A stretch of DNA of 64,000 nucleotides from the NCBI GenBank assembly GCA_047967505.1, contig CM106538.1; one strand, given 5' to 3'. Position 1 is the stretch's first letter, and each line of letters begins with the position of its first letter. This document shows positions 1-14,539 of this stretch, piece after piece. Origin of the DNA: Dipteris shenzhenensis (lineage: Eukaryota). A program made the translations under genes and the position numbers. The notes under the pieces were generated by a model. The model was given only the letters and a program-made list of their open reading frames with translations, was not told where the DNA came from and did not search any database.

Positions 1-3000
1 ATCGACCATGCAAAGCATATCGGATGGTGACGATACTTTGCACGCACCTCAACCTATTTGAAACGGAATCGCGTGCAAAGTGAAGCCTCCATCCGATAAG
101 TACTTGTTTGAATAACACACCTAGGACCATGTTTTTTATGGTTGTGCATGACACTAAGGCAAAAACGGTGTTTTATGCTTGATCGACAATGCAAAGCATA
201 TTCGATGGGTACAATACTTTGCACACACCTTTAACTAGGTGGAATTGACTTATATGCAAAGTGGCATGCCCATCCCATAAGTACTTGATCGGATAACATA
301 CCTAGCAGTGTGTTGTTTTACGGATGTGCATGACACTAGATCAAAAATAGTATTTAATGCTCGATCGACCATGAAGGATATCCGATGGGCACAATACTTT
401 TCCTATGCCTCAAACCAGGTGGTATTGAAATGTTCTCAAAGAGGCACACCCATCCGATAAGTACTTGGTCATATAATATACCTAAGGGCGTGTTTTATTA
501 TAGATGTGCATATCACTACGATAAAAATGGTGGATAATGCTTGATCGGCCATGCAATGCATATCCTATGGTCACAAAACTTTGCATGAACCTCAAACTAG
601 TTGAACTAGACTTGCATGCAAAGTGGAGCACCCATCTGAGAAGTACCTGATCGAATAACATACCTAGCAGTGTGTTTTTTTACGGATGTGCATGACACTA
701 AGGCAAAAACGGTGTTTTATGCTTGATCGACAATTTAAAGCATATCCGATGGACACAATACTTTGCACACACCTTCAACTAGGTGGAATTGACTTACATG
801 CAAAGTGGCATTCCCAATCGCATAAGTACTTGATCAGATAACACACCTAGCAGCGTGTTTTTTTACGGATGTGCATGACACTAAGGCAAAAATGGTATTT
901 AATGCTCGATCGACCATGCAAAGCATATCCGATGGGCACAATACTTTTCCTACACCTTAACCTAGGTAGTATTGAAATGTTCTCAAAGAGGCATACCCAT
1001 CCGATAAGTACTTGGTCGGATAACATACCTAAGGGCGTGTTTTTTTGCGGATGTGCATATCACTACCGGAAAAACGTTGTATAATGCGTGATCGACCATG
1101 CAAAGCATATCCGATACAATAATTTGCATGCACCTCAACCTAGTTGAAATGGACTTGCATGCAAAGTAAAGCCCCATCCTATAAGTACTTGTTTGAATAA
1201 CACACCTAGGACCATGTTTTTTTATAGTTGTGCATGACACTAAGGCAAAAACAATGTTTTATGCTTGATCAACAATGCAAAGTATATCCGATGGGCACAA
1301 TAATTTGCACACACCTTAAATTAGGTGGAATTGAATTACATGCAAAGTGGAATTCCCATCGCATAAGTACTTGATCGGATAACACACCTAGCAGCGTATT
1401 TTTTTATGGATGTGCATGACACTAAGGCAAAAATGGTATTTAATGCTCGATCGGCCATGCAAGGGATATCCAATGGGCACAATAATTTTCCTACACCTCA
1501 ACCTAGGTGGTATTGAAATGTTCTCAAAGAGGCACACCCATCCGATAAGTACTTGGTCAGATAACATACCTAAAGGCATTTTTTTGCAGATGTGCATATC
1601 ACTATTGGAAAAATGGTGGATAATGCCTGATCGACCATGCAAAGCATATCCGATGGTGACAATACTTTGCATGCACATCAACCTAGCTGAATTAGACTTG
1701 TGTGCAATGTGGAGCCCCCATCCGATAAGTACTTGTTTGAATAACACACCTAGGACCGTGTTTTTTTATGGTTGTGCATGACACTAAGGCAAAAATGGTG
1801 TTTTATGCTTGATCGACAATGCAAAGCATATGCGATGGGAACAATACTTTGCACACACATTAAACTAGGTGGAATTGACTTACATGCAAAGTGGCATTCC
1901 CATCGCATAAGTACTTGATCGGATAACACACCTAGCAGCGTTTTTTTTAATGGATGTGCATGACACTAAGGCAAAAATGGTATTTAATGCTCGATCGACC
2001 AAGCAAAGCATATATGATGGGCACAATACTTTTCCTACACCTTAACCTAGGTGGTATTGAAATGTTCTCAAAGAGGCAAACCAGTCCGATAAGTACTTGG
2101 TCAGATAACATACCTAAGGGCATGTTTTTTTGCGGATGTGCATATCACTATAGGAATAACATTGTATAATGCATGATCGACCATGCAAAGCATATCTGAT
2201 GGTGACAATACTTTGCACGCACCTCAATCTAGTTGAAAGGGACTTGCGTGCAAACTGGAGCCCCCATCCGATAAGGACTTGTTTGAATAACACACCCAGG
2301 ACCGTGTTTTTTTATGGTTGTGCATGACACTAAGGCAAAAACGGTGTTTTATGCTTGATCGACAATGCAAAGCATATCCGATGGGCACAATACTTTGCAC
2401 ACACCTAAAACTAGATGGAATTAACTTACATGCAAAGTGGCATGCCCATCGCATAAGTACTCAAGTGATCGGATAACACACCTAGCAGCGTGTTTTTTTC
2501 GGATGTGCATGACACCAAGGCAAAAATGGTATTTAACGCTCGATCGACCATGCAAAGCATATCTGATGGGCACAATACTATTCCTATGCCTCAACCTAGG
2601 TGGTATTGAAATGTTCTCAAACAAGCACACCCATCCGATAATTACTTGGTCAGATAACATACCTAAGGCTGTGTTTTTTTGCGGATGTGCATATCACTAC
2701 CGGAAAAACGGTGTATAATGCGTGATCGGCAATGCAAAGCATATCCGATGGTGACAATACTTTGCATGAACTTCAAACTAGTTGAAACCGACTTGTGTGC
2801 AAAGTGGAGTCCCCATATGAGAAGTACTTGTTTGAATAACACACCTAGGACATGTTTTCTTATGGTTGTGCATGACACTAAGGCAAAAACGGTGTTTTAT
2901 GCTTGATCGACAATACAAAGCATATTCGATGGGCACAATACTTTGCATACACCTTCAACTAGGTGGAATTGACTTACATGCAAAGTGGCACATCCATCCC

Positions 3001-4127
3001 ATAAGTACTTGATCGGATAACATACCTAGTAGCGTGTTTTTTTACGGATGTGCATGACACTAGAGCAAAAATAGTATTTAATGCTCGATTGACCATGTAA
3101 AGGATATCTGATGGGCACAATAATTTTCCCACGGCTCAACCTAGGTAGTATTGAAATGTTCTCAAAGAGGCACACCCATCTGATAAGTACTTGGTCAGAT
3201 AACATACCTAAGGGTGTGTTTTTTTGTGGATGTGCATATCACTACGGGAAAAACAGTGGATAATGCGTGATCGACCATGCAAAGCATATCCGATGGTCAC
3301 AATACTTTGCACGCACCTGAACCTAGTTAAAACAGACTTGTGTGCAAAGTGGAGCGCCCATCCCATAAGTACTCGATCGAAGAACATACCTAGCAAGTGG
3401 AGCCCCCATCTGAGAAGTACTTGTTTGAATAACATACCTAGGACCGTGTTTTTTTATGGTTGTGCATGACACTAAGGCAAAAACAGTGTTTTATGCTTGA
3501 TCGACAATGCAAAGCATATCCGATGGGTACAATACTTTGCAAACAACTTAAACTAGGTGGAATTGACTTACATGCAAAGTGGCGTGCCCATCCCATAAGT
3601 ACTTGATCAGATAACATAACTAGCAGGGTGTTTTTTTCTCGTTTTTTTACAGATGTGCATGAAACTAAGGCAAAAATGGTATTTAATGCTCGATTGACCA
3701 TGCAAAGCATATCCGATGGGCACAATACTTTGCTATGCCTCAACCGCAGTGGTATTGACTTGTTTTCAAAGAGGCACACCCATCCGATAAGTACTTGGTC
3801 AGATAACACACCTAAGGGCGTGTTTTTTTACAGATGTGCATATCATTAGGGAGAAAACAGTGTATAATGCGTGATCGACCATGCAAAGCATATCTGACTT
3901 GCATTCAAAGTGAAGCCCCCATCTGATAAGTACTTGTTTGAATAACACACCTAGGACCATGTTTTTTATGGTTGTATATGACACTGAGGCACAAATGGTG
4001 TTTAATGCATGATATACCATGCAAAGCATAGACGATGGGCACAATACTTTGCACACACCTCAACGTAGGTGTTATTGAGTTGCATGCAAAGTGGCATGTC
4101 CATCTGATGAGTACTTGATCGGATAAC
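1..4127 (+). repeat. 182-bp satellite array with ~546-bp three-monomer higher-order repeat (continues off the left edge)
   Basis: GCAAAGCATATCCGATGG recurs every ~181-182 bp; three monomer variants mostly alternate; about 22 monomers. Confidence 0.95.
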
Positions 4128-4184
4128 TTCTCCCACCAATAAATAAAGTATTAATTAAAAATTATAATAAATGAGTAGATTTTG

Positions 4185-7100
4185 TTCCAGGTATGGATGT
4201 GATTTTATGTAGCAAAAAAGAAGTAGTTGCATTTGCTACAATCCATGATCGTGATCCCAATTCAGTTTGCCACTTTTGAAGACTTGGCGAAGATAAGGTG
4301 GCAGTTACTGTATCAAAGATTCTTAGCGCACATGTTGAGCTAAAGTATAAATGTGGAGATATGGAAACACTTGGAGATGTTATGCCCTACAATACATCCA
4401 ACAAATCATTTATAGCATGGGACAAAGATGAGACTTATGCAACAGACATTATCAAGAATACAAAGTGCACCACCTTGGATTTTACTATAGGGGACATTTT
4501 ACAAATGAGATCATTTGCAAATAAGACTGTAGCAGAAGGTGAAGTATTGGGATTTGAATAAGTGGAGCAATGGTCATTTGCACAGATGAGATTCTAAAAG
4601 TCACTCATGATGGTATGGTTGATAACATAACATCCTTATGTGATCCCTACTATGAGGTAGGCAAGAATATGAGATGGAGCATGCAATTTTTAAACATGAG
4701 AAAGAGGCACGTGGTTTTCAATGATAAAGACAAGGTATACTACAATATCAAAGGACCTAAAAAGCGTGCCCATGTGCCAGGCTCTATCACTTCAAATGTG
4801 GATGATTTCAATGTACTCAATTATAGAAGTGACATCTTATCTGGAGTGGATGAGTTCATTGGTTCCAAGAAACAAAATGATTTTAGAAGCGAAGCCTTAT
4901 TTGGGGTGGATGAATTCTTGCACAGTGAGAAGGGCAAAGGTTTCAATGGCAATGTCTTGTCAAGTGTGGATGAGTTCATGCATATTAACAAATCTGGTGT
5001 CAATCAAGCTTGTGGATTTGTGAAAGTCATGCAAGATGTCCCAATGAGCGATGTTCTCTCAGGAGTGGAAGAGTTTCAAGGTTCTCAATACTCTCGTAGA
5101 ATATTGAATTCATTGAATGGTCCTAAGAGTATGTTAAAAATGAGGATGAGATCAAAGAGGATTATTCAATATTTAACTTTGATTGTGATATGGCCAAGGA
5201 TGCAACGGCCAATCATGGATGCTTGGTTACAAACAAATGTGAGGAGAAGAAGTGCATAAATACAGATAACAATGTGCATGAGGAACGAAAACGGTCATAC
5301 ACATGCATGAAGAGAAAGCGAATCTAGGCAGATCCACAAAAGCAACCAAAGAGGAAGAGAGTAATGAAGGAGGAGAACATGTTAAATGCATTGGGATACC
5401 TATGTTGCAAGCGAAGATGTATGCGCTTCATTGATCTTGCAGACATCAGGGAATGTAGAGGACACGTGTGGCAAAGAAGAGGAAGCGAAAATGAATACCT
5501 CCTCACAAGTCTCTCTTGCTTTCTTCAGAATGGCAATAAAAGGCTAAGTTCAAGACAAAAGGTAAAACCTCTCGTAAATGGAAAAAAGATTTGCAATAAG
5601 GCATATCGCAATATTACTGGATTATCCCATGGTACATATTGGGATTTAGTCACCAAGGCAAAGGGCGGCAACAAATTTAGCATTCACGGTAACAGAGGAA
5701 GGTCCAAATCAAGAGTCTCAACTGTCAGGGCAGTAGCAATTTTGCAAGACTTCATACATGAAAATGCTTTAACTCAACCCTAGATATCTACCAAACTCCC
5801 TAACGGTGACGCGATCACTGAAATGCACCTTCCAATGGGCTTGACAAAGCTCGAAGTATTTGACTCTATTGTAGAAAAGCAAAGGCAAAGAGGGGACGCC
5901 GTAGCTTCTTCTCATACTTTGTATACTCTTTGGAAGAAGAACTTTGGATATGCTAAAATCCCAAGGAGGCAAAAATTGTAAAAAAAAACCGAAAATCTGA
6001 TCATGACCTTATTCGACATTCCAGACAAAAATATGCATTTTGGAAGGAGCAAGCTATTTTGCATCCTGATGACTACATGTGCCTTATTGTAGATGGCATG
6101 GATCAGAATACAACAACATTGCCTCGTTTTGTTGCCACTCCACCTAAATTACAAGGAAAGCACTTTCTAAAGACACATCTATGTGGAGTGTTAGTGCATG
6201 GAATTAAGTTCTTTGCAGATATATGGATTGATTCCTTGCATCGACATGATAGCAATAAAGTTGTAACATCTATTATGAAGGCAATTCACAATGTACATGC
6301 AGAAAAAGGTCCCCTACCACCGACTTTGAGAATACAAGCTGATAATTGCTGGCGAGAAAATAAGAATGTACTCATGTTTGCATTTTGCTCCATGCTAGTT
6401 GCTCATCGAATCTTCAATGAGGTCGAATGTGGATTTTTGTATGTTGGGCATACACATGAGGATATCGATCAGGTTTTTAGCACAGTCTCAAGAGAGCTTA
6501 AATGCAAGGATGTGGAGACAATAGATGACTTGGTAAGAAGATGTGGCAGGCAAGTTGGTGGTCGTAAGGAAAGTACAGTATGTGAGAGGCTCGAAAGAAT
6601 GTATGATTGGAAGAGCTTCATTCTACCTTTCATACAAACGGGTGGTGATGCATTGACAGGTCATACCAATCCACACTACTTTCAATTTTTTTTAAAAGAT
6701 GAAAAACCCATAATGCAATGGCAATAGTATTCTCATGATACAAAACCTATACAAGAATTCAATGAGAGGTCTAAATGTGAAATAGAAGGATTAAAAGCAT
6801 TTATTACATACAAAGAGGAAATGCTGGATGGAGATATCCTGATTCGAATCCTATTTGGAGAGAACACACTACCACTGTAATTAACAAGACACGAAATTTA
6901 ATAAAGGACCTTGAGAGAATGCAACGCTCAAAGGATGTCAAGGAAGAATGCAATATGTTTTGGCCAAATGTTCATAACGATTTGCGCCCAGCTCCAGTCT
7001 TTGAAAATGAATTTGTATCATTACTCCCACGTCCATATTGTGATCGAAGAAGAGAGAGTTTATGCCACAAGTAGATATAGAGGTCGATTGTTTTGTTGTG

Positions 7101-7490
7101 GTTCGACCATCAGATGATGAATATGAGAATCTGAAGTTTTGGGTTGCAAAAGTAGTTGATGTGCAAAGAGATGACCAAGGGAGAGCTACAACATTTACAG
7201 CGGTATGGTATGAACCAAAGGGCAGGAAGGAGAATATGGATAACAACACATTGTATACTAATTGTATAATGAAGGAGTGGGTCCCAAATGATGAAGCGGT
7301 CTCACAAGTTTTGATGGAGACAATCATAGTGTCGGCATTCAAGGGCAAAGAAATCAAAGAAGCGCATGGGATATGAGGTAGAAGGAAAAATAAAAATACC
7401 ACAGCAAAGTATTTTGCATATACACAAATTTTTAAGGATGCTCGCCATGGAGGAAGAAGAAGGAGACAGTGCAAATGAAGAATGTCCATG
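4185..7490 (+). pseudogene. Sola-like DDD/E transposase pseudogene, copy 1
   Basis: ORF fragments 4298-7376 contain IVDGMDQ, QADNCWRENKN and GHTHEDIDQVFS. Several stops and internal deletions (near 4180, 5980, 6745) relative to copy 3. Confidence 0.85.
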
Positions 7491-7609
7491 ATTAAAGCTT
7501 TGTATTGAAGTCCATTGATGGAGTTTATTTGGGTACTAGGCAAGAAGCCAATTGACAATTATAATCAGAGTCATCACCTCCTATGTCAAATGAGAGTCAA
7601 AATATGCAC

Positions 7610-7835
7610 TGGATGTCACCCAAGGGTCAAGGCTTGGCAAGACAATAGGGAGTTAATGCAGATGGCACCTGGCAAGGGACTGTCACATTGAGCAATAAGA
7701 CAATGGGGAGTCAATGCACCCAAGGGGCAAGGCTTTTGGCAAGACAAGTGGGAGTTAATGCAGATGGCACCTGGCAAGGGACTATCGTGACATTGAGCAA
7801 TAAGACAATGGGGAGTCAAATTATGCAGATGGCAC
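7610..7835 (+). repeat. Subterminal tandem repeat of copy 1
   Basis: GGGAGTTAATGCAGATGGCACCTGGCAAGGGAC...CATTGAGCAATAAGACAATGGGGAGTCAA is duplicated; expanded further in copy 3 at 62460-62875. Confidence 0.85.
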
Positions 7836-8421
7836 GAATTGAGGCTCTTTAAGAGCAACAATTTAAATTGTAAACATTTGTTCAATCTATATCATTTTAT
7901 ACAAAGACTCCAGCTGAGAGCAACGTCTCTCAATGTAAACATATAATGATAGCTATAATTGCTATTTAATTCTTTGGTTCAATACAAAACTTGGGCCTTA
8001 TGGCATCATGTCTTTTTTCTATTTATTAAAAGTTTTAAAAATTTTGTGTATATTGCGAGTGACAATGTTATTTACATGAAATATTTAAGTCTCCTTTCAT
8101 GGATTTATAAATTTATCACGTCAAGGAAAAATATTGAAAATAGTTAGATTAACAAATAAATTAGGTATAGCTAGAATTTCTAAAATAGGATTATTTCAAA
8201 TTCTTGCATGTTGGTGCAAAAGTATAGTTTGAAAAAACAAGATTTTTATGTGAATATGATAGTGCCACAAAGTGAACTTTTGATTTGGGAAGAATATTTT
8301 CAGAAAGTAAAATTTTGATTTGGGAAGGATATTTTCACAAAGTAAACTTTTCAGTTGGGAAGGATTTTTGGGCTTCATCCAAAAACAACAGAAAAAGTCA
8401 AAAATTAATGAAATAGGTGTT

Positions 8422-8607
8422 GTAAAGTAATATTCGAATCAACGTGCCTACGAGAGAGAAGCCTACCTGATCTTGTGCCTACATTACCGTCTCGAGCTCG
8501 TTGATGTAGAGGCCAAACAAGATAGGTGATAATGGGCACCCTTGTTTGACCCCAATAGTGCTCATGATCTCATTTGTCCATCCAAATCTCGTCTGTCCGG
8601 ACTCCGC

Positions 8608-8610
<3 letters not shown>
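8422..8610 (-). pseudogene. Non-LTR (LINE) reverse transcriptase fragment
   Basis: Minus frame reads GVKQGCPLSPILFGLYINELETVM*AQDQVGFSLVGTLIRILLY, i.e. the QG..LSP.LF motif running up to the Tyr of the expected YADD. Confidence 0.85.
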
Positions 8611-8701
<91 letters not shown>

Positions 8702-8722
8702 ATGAGCATGAGCATGAGCATG
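8610..8722. repeat. (GA)n microsatellite followed by (GCATGA)n
   Basis: About 45 GA units, then GCATGA repeats. Confidence 0.95.
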
Positions 8723-8844
8723 CACACATCTACTACCTATATGTATGCGCATGAAATAAATAAATCAATAAGTATATAAAAGATCTAGCATTGACCTTTG
8801 AAATTAGTTGTAGGTGTGTCAGTATATAAACTAGCTTTTGTTTA

Positions 8845-9110
8845 CATTGAGGATCTTTTGGTTTTGATTTGAATTCCTTGATGAGGGCCACACCCTGATG
8901 ATATACTACCCATTTTCCATCCTCCTAGCAGCCTTGACCTTGGGTAATTCCATTGCCTTTTGGTTCAGTTGAGCTCATGTCAATTCTTCGGTTACCCATA
9001 TCTTGACTACCCCTATCAGCTTGTGAGATTGGCATAGAAGCTTGATTCATATATCTAGTATGTTAAATGTGATTATGGCATGCCCTCTAGAATCATGATT
9101 ATTAGTTGTG
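8845..9110 (-). pseudogene. LINE ORF1-like C-terminal relic
   Basis: Minus frames give IWVTEELT*AQLNQKAMELPKVKAARR..GKWVVYHQGVALIKEFK; homologous to 39160-39390. Confidence 0.5.
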
Positions 9111-10418
9111 GGAGCTATCCCATCTTCATCTTCTTTCGGTCCATCAATGCTAGGGGTGGCTGCTTTGATGTGTTCTAGAGTCTCCTTGTATTTATCCTCA
9201 TCATTGAACACATTGCATTTTCTTCATGCTCCTTGATTCTAGCCTGAATTGTGATTTTATTCATGTTTCTGCTCTTGGGGGCCAATGATGCACCAGCGGT
9301 TAAGGCCCCCTTGGTGGTATGTCCTTGCATAGGGAGAGGGTGTTGAGGTAGCAATTGTAGAGTATAGGGTTTGTCGAGGTTGCAAGAGAAGAAAGGGATT
9401 TTGAGGAGTATTTCTGCTCCATATTGGCCATGGTATGAGTGGAATGAGCAAACTTAGCAAGTCCACCTCGGGCTTGTGATAGCTATCTTTAATGATGTCA
9501 TGATTTGTTTAGGGTTCAATAGTGTAGCAAGTGTGGTGCATGCATGTTTCAGTTCATGAGGATGAACACTAGTTGTGGCCTCACCAATAATGTGGCATAT
9601 GAGATGGATGCATGTTTCAGTGCATAAGGATGCACACTAATAGTGGCCTCACCGATAATTTGGTGGTGGGTGTTTTGCATGCAGCTTTGTTGGAAATACC
9701 TGGATTTTTAATCAAAAGTCATCGATCATCTCCGCTTATTTTTTTGCAATTGAAACACACATGTGGCTCTTTTACAAAGGATTGCACAGTTCTGTAGAAG
9801 ATTGTAGATCAAGTGAGGTCTGCAGACATGAGGTTGATTCGTGTTTAAAAAATTCCATATGTGCAGGTAATTTTATAATGTTTGGTACATTTCAACCATT
9901 GTGGCATGTTTGCAGATGCTAAGCAAGGAGTCTGTCTTAATAGCAGTGACAAAGTGCTCAATGTTGGACAAGTGTAAACTGCATGCAGCTTTAAGGTTGG
10001 CTGTTTTTGCCAGTCATACAGAAGCTGAACTTTTGTCTACTACAACATCATTAAAAAAAATAGAAGCATCAATTTTTGAGTCAAAGTGCAATGGTCATTA
10101 TGAGTTCATCAAGTGATTTCATGTGTTCTCTCTGTATAAAGAGGTCAAACTTGCAAACAAGTTCAGTCGATGAAGTGTTTTTTGGGATGGATGAGATGTT
10201 AGTCAGTGATTCTTTCGACTATAGTCCGAAGGGGTGCCATATATGTTATCTCAAAGAAACGGAGCAGCTTAATTATCAAATCTCATGTGAAAAATTCTCC
10301 CATATTTCAAGCTGTCTACGAGTCTTTTTTTTTTTGCCCTCTAGATTTTTGGTAGCTTGATAAGAATTAACAAAGGATCACTTCTTATTCTAGTTCGTAT
10401 TATGGCTATTATCTGCAG

Positions 10419-12990
10419 TGTTGCAGATCCACAATTTGTCATACTAAACAGGTACATATATAGGAAAAGGCTCGTTTGGAGCCTTGTTCGATGTGCACCA
10501 GTTGTGCAAAACTAGATTTACACTAGAGTATAGGTGTCTAGTAGTGCATTAACCAAAAAAGTTAATTCGAAACAATGAAGTACTGAGGTATACTCATTAC
10601 AGTAGAGGTGGGACTCGGGAGAGCTCCATCCCAAGCCTCCACAGAAAACCTCCAAAATCCCGACACAACAAAGGGGAGAAAAAATTCCCAAATTTCCGCA
10701 ATCTCTCAAAACCCTGTTCATGAGGTGGGAGATGAAGGTCGATCCCAATCCTCACTACTGGTTAATGAAAAACCCAAAAAGGCCTGCTCCTTAAAGATAT
10801 AAGCTATAGCAAAGGAGCATGATGACTTACCGGCATAGTAGGAGGGTGACATTTCACTTTGAGTGTGACGTGCTAGAAACAACTTCAAGAGTGAAAATTT
10901 CTCTAGCATGTAATACACACACCTAATTATCTTGAGGGAGCAACCTATGCTCAAACCATTGAAACACTTGGAGGGAGAAAAGAATGTTCCTTGGACTATC
11001 CTAGGAAAGGGGCACCATCAACCATAGAAGCACAAAGTTAATGGTGTCGTTGCCCGCAAAGGATCTTAAACTCTGGTGTCACAAATTACTCCCAAAACAG
11101 AAAAATACGATCAAAGGGCTCTCCAAATACCAATTCCAATGAGTTGATTGGAGTGCAGTGGGCCCTCAATTATTGGCTGCCCAAGGGGTTGATTGGAGAG
11201 TAGATCTGCTTCACAAAAAACGCTCATGAGCAAGGCCAAATAGAGGGAGTTCCTGCCCCTGTTCAAAAAGCTAGGGACCATTTCTATCTAGTACTGCCTT
11301 GCAAATTGTTCGCAACATATATAGCCATTGAAGCTCTATTATTTAGATAGCATATGGAGAAGCATGACTTGAATGTCATTCACTAATGTCCTTGTTGTTG
11401 GCATCCTTAACATGCACAGTCCTCCCTTGGTGAAGGACCCTTGTCAGGAATACGGAAGCCTCTGAAGCTCTTTGTAAGTCTCATAGATTGTTTCAAGGTC
11501 CATGCATTGAGCAAATCAAGGCTGTATAATTGACTATAGTTGCACAATTGATTAATTCGTTGGTCCAATAGCTGACATCTCTGTACATTGAGACACTATT
11601 TTGTTTAATATAGCGAAAACATTTCTTGATGAAGAGTAGTTCTTCCCACGATCACATTATACATGATTGTTCCTAGCCAAGGCATCACAAATTATATTTC
11701 TTTTTTTCAATATAGTCAATTCAAAACAACTAAGTACCGAGGTATACTCATTACAGCAGAGGTGGGACTCAGGAGAGCTCCATCCCAAGCCTCCACAGAA
11801 AACCTCCAAAATCCTAACACAACAGAGGGGAGAAAAAATTCCCAAATTTTCGCGATCTCTCAAAACCCTGTTCATGAGGTGGGAGACGAAGGTCAATCCC
11901 AATCCTCACTACTGGTTAATGAAAAACCCAAAAAAGCCTGCTCCTTAAAGATATAAGCTCTAGCAAAGGAGCATGATGACTTACCGGTAGAGTAGGAGGG
12001 TGACCTTTCACTTTGAGTGTGACATGCTAGAAACAACTTCAAGAGTGAAAGTTTCTCCAGCATGTAATACACACACCTAATTATCTTGAGGGAGCAACCT
12101 ATGCTCAAACCATTGAAACACTTGGAGGGAGAAAAGAATGTTCCTTGGACTATCCTAGGAAAGGGGCACCATCAACCATAGAAGCACAAAGTTAATGGTG
12201 TCATTGCTGCCCGCGAAGGATCTAAAACTTTGGTGTCACAAATTACTCCCAAAACAGAAAAATGCGATCAAAGGGCTCTCCAAATACCAATTCGAATGAG
12301 TTGATTGGAGTGCAGTGTGCCCTCGATTGTTGGCAGCCCAAGGGGCTGATTGGAGAGTAGATGTGCTTCACAAAAAATGCTCAATAGCAAGGCCGAATAG
12401 AGGGAGTTCCTACCCCTATTCGAAAATCTAGGGACCATTTCTATCTAGTACTGCCTTGCAAATTGTTCGCAACATATATAGCCATTCAAGCTCTATTATT
12501 TAGATAGCATATGGAGAAGCATGACTTGAATGTCATTTACTAATGTCCTTATTGTTGGCATCCTTAACATGCATAGTCCTCCCTTGGCCTTGTTGTGAAG
12601 AACCCTTGTCAGGAATATGGAAGCCTCTGAAGCTCTTTGTAAGTCTCGTAGATTGTTTCAAGGTCCATGCATTGAACAAATAAAGGCTCTATAATTGACT
12701 ATAGTTGCACAATTGATTAATTCGTTGGTCCAATAGTTGACATCTCTGTACATTGAGGCACTATTTTGTTTAACATACAGAAAACATTTCTTGATGAAGA
12801 GTAGTTCTTCCCACGATCACATTATACATGATTGTTCCTAGCCAAGGCATCACAAATTATATTTCTTTTTTTCAACATAGTGAAATGCTATTCAAGAAAA
12901 AGAAAGGAGCTGTACACAACATATCATTTGGGTACTAAAACGCTCATTAGAGTATGAAAGGTGCATCTTGGTCTAAGATGTCTAGACTAT
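10419..12990 (-). mobile_element. Degenerate LTR retrotransposon 3' end (LTR ~10419-11412 plus RNase H remnant), partly tandem-duplicated
   Basis: TGTTG...TAACA ends at 10419 and 11412. Purine-rich CCAAGGGAGG lies just before the LTR on the minus strand. NIICDALAR resembles the RNase H end N.VADALSR. 10561-11714 is repeated at 11715-12881. Confidence 0.6.
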
Positions 12991-13215
12991 ACTCTCTAGC
13001 CATAGGAAAGAGGAAGACAAAAAAGATGTGACAGGGACGTGAGTTTTGTAAGCAAATAAGCTATGACTAAGTTTGTAACCGGTTTGGCCATGGGGGACTG
13101 GCCTAGAGGATCAGTGAGTTCCTGAAAGCCCCTAGTGTTAACATCTAACTGGACACACTGGCTAGACCTAACTGTTAAAATCAAGGCATGGCATCACTTT
13201 GACCTCGTGGAGGGG

Positions 13216-14504
13216 TGTGACGGAGCTAGGAAGTTTTCCCCCGGATAGATTTCTAAGTTTCACATGGGAAGAGGGGTTAAAAAGGATTAAAAGGTTGCCC
13301 CTAGACTGTGTACGAATGTTTGTTATTGGTTAGTGGGGTTAGAGCCTTTAAAAGTTACCCCTAGGAAACTAATGTTTCCTTGGTATAGGGGGTTAGGGGC
13401 ATTAATGTGCCACGTGTCAAAAGTTGCCCCTAGGAAACCAATGTTTCCTTGGTACAGGGGGTTAGGGACATTAATGTGCCACGTGTCAGGATGCAAACCC
13501 ACTTTTGCATCTTCTCTTGCTCCTTGCTGTGCCAAACTTTCTAGAGGTTGTTGGTCAGTGTTTTGCTACTATTTTTCTCTGTTTCCTTGCATCCAGCCCT
13601 ATTGCACGCAACCTGAGTCAAGGAAAACCTTCTGTGATTTGTTGGAGCTCCTCCTGGTGCCTCTCTGCTATTGTACGGCATGTTTTTCAACCTGTATGGA
13701 CTGACAAACAGTCCATATAGACTGTATGGATGGGACCTTGTTTCAGGCGTCCAGTGCTTGCACACATCCCGAGGCTGGTTTCTCTTGCTGCGAATTAGGT
13801 ATTCTGGCTATGAAACTCTATTTGAAGGTCTTGTGGATACCTCAAGGACCTATTCTTGCGAGGAGTAGGTGTTTTTGGTTGCAGCTAGTGCTGTGGGCGC
13901 ACAATCCCAGATTTCTAGCACATTTTCTCTTTGTTTTCACTGTGGGATTGATTCCTAGCTCTCTGTTTTGAGATTCTCTATGGGATTCCTTGGGTCAGTT
14001 GCAATCACCCAGTTACCAGGTTGTTGAGTTCAAAGGATGCCTATGCCTTGCTCTATCAGTTGGCATGCACAGTTTGCCAGTTTAATGCAGTGTGTGCCTA
14101 GTGTGGGCCGATGAACAGTGGTAGCTAGTGGGAATGGTTCAGGGTGGACCCTGGTTATAAGATTGCTATTACTTTTCACTAAAGAAGAATAAAGAAATAC
14201 CACGAGTGGCACCAAGTGTTTGGGGCCAATCGGTGTCACTATGTGATCATTGAGCAGGGGCATTCTAGCCTCACCTATATTTTCTTTTATGCTATTTGAT
14301 GTGGTGTAATTAGTTAGGAGTTAAGTGGCTGTAATTGACAGTGTGTTCAGATATAGTTGTGGTTTACTGCCCTTTGGGGTTTCGAAGGCCGGTTATAGTG
14401 GTTCCATTACCGGGACCACACTCTCTTTCTATAGAAGGTGGGCCTTGGTAACTTTGGGTGAAAAGAAGTGGTTATTGCATCCGTATTACAGCCACAATTT
14501 CACA
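13216..14504 (+). mobile_element. Probable LTR of a Ty3/Gypsy element
   Basis: TGTGA...TCACA termini; degenerate PBS-like TGGTCAGAG at 14512-14520; gag follows; internal 63-bp duplication near 13350-13490. Confidence 0.55.
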
Positions 14505-14539
14505 TTGTGAGTGGTCAGAGACTCTCCATGTAGGAGGAG

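Larger units (their letters stand above)
1..8421 (+). mobile_element. Sola-like DNA transposon, satellite-bearing subfamily, copy 1 (left part outside window)
   Basis: Satellite + transposase + 3' region are colinear with 58780-63443. Ends in AAAATTAATGAAATAGGTGTT at 8421, matching the right TIR of the complete copy (36143-36168); homology with copy 3 stops right after GTGTT. Confidence 0.8.

Noticed and set aside
869-4056. Many short Cys/His-rich ORFs in the satellite (also 49521-58502)
   Set aside because: They recur with the 182/546-bp period on both strands and are broken by random indels; translation artefacts.
1-4127. CRISPR-like array
   Set aside because: Whole monomers repeat with no unique spacers, there are no cas genes, and the context is eukaryotic.
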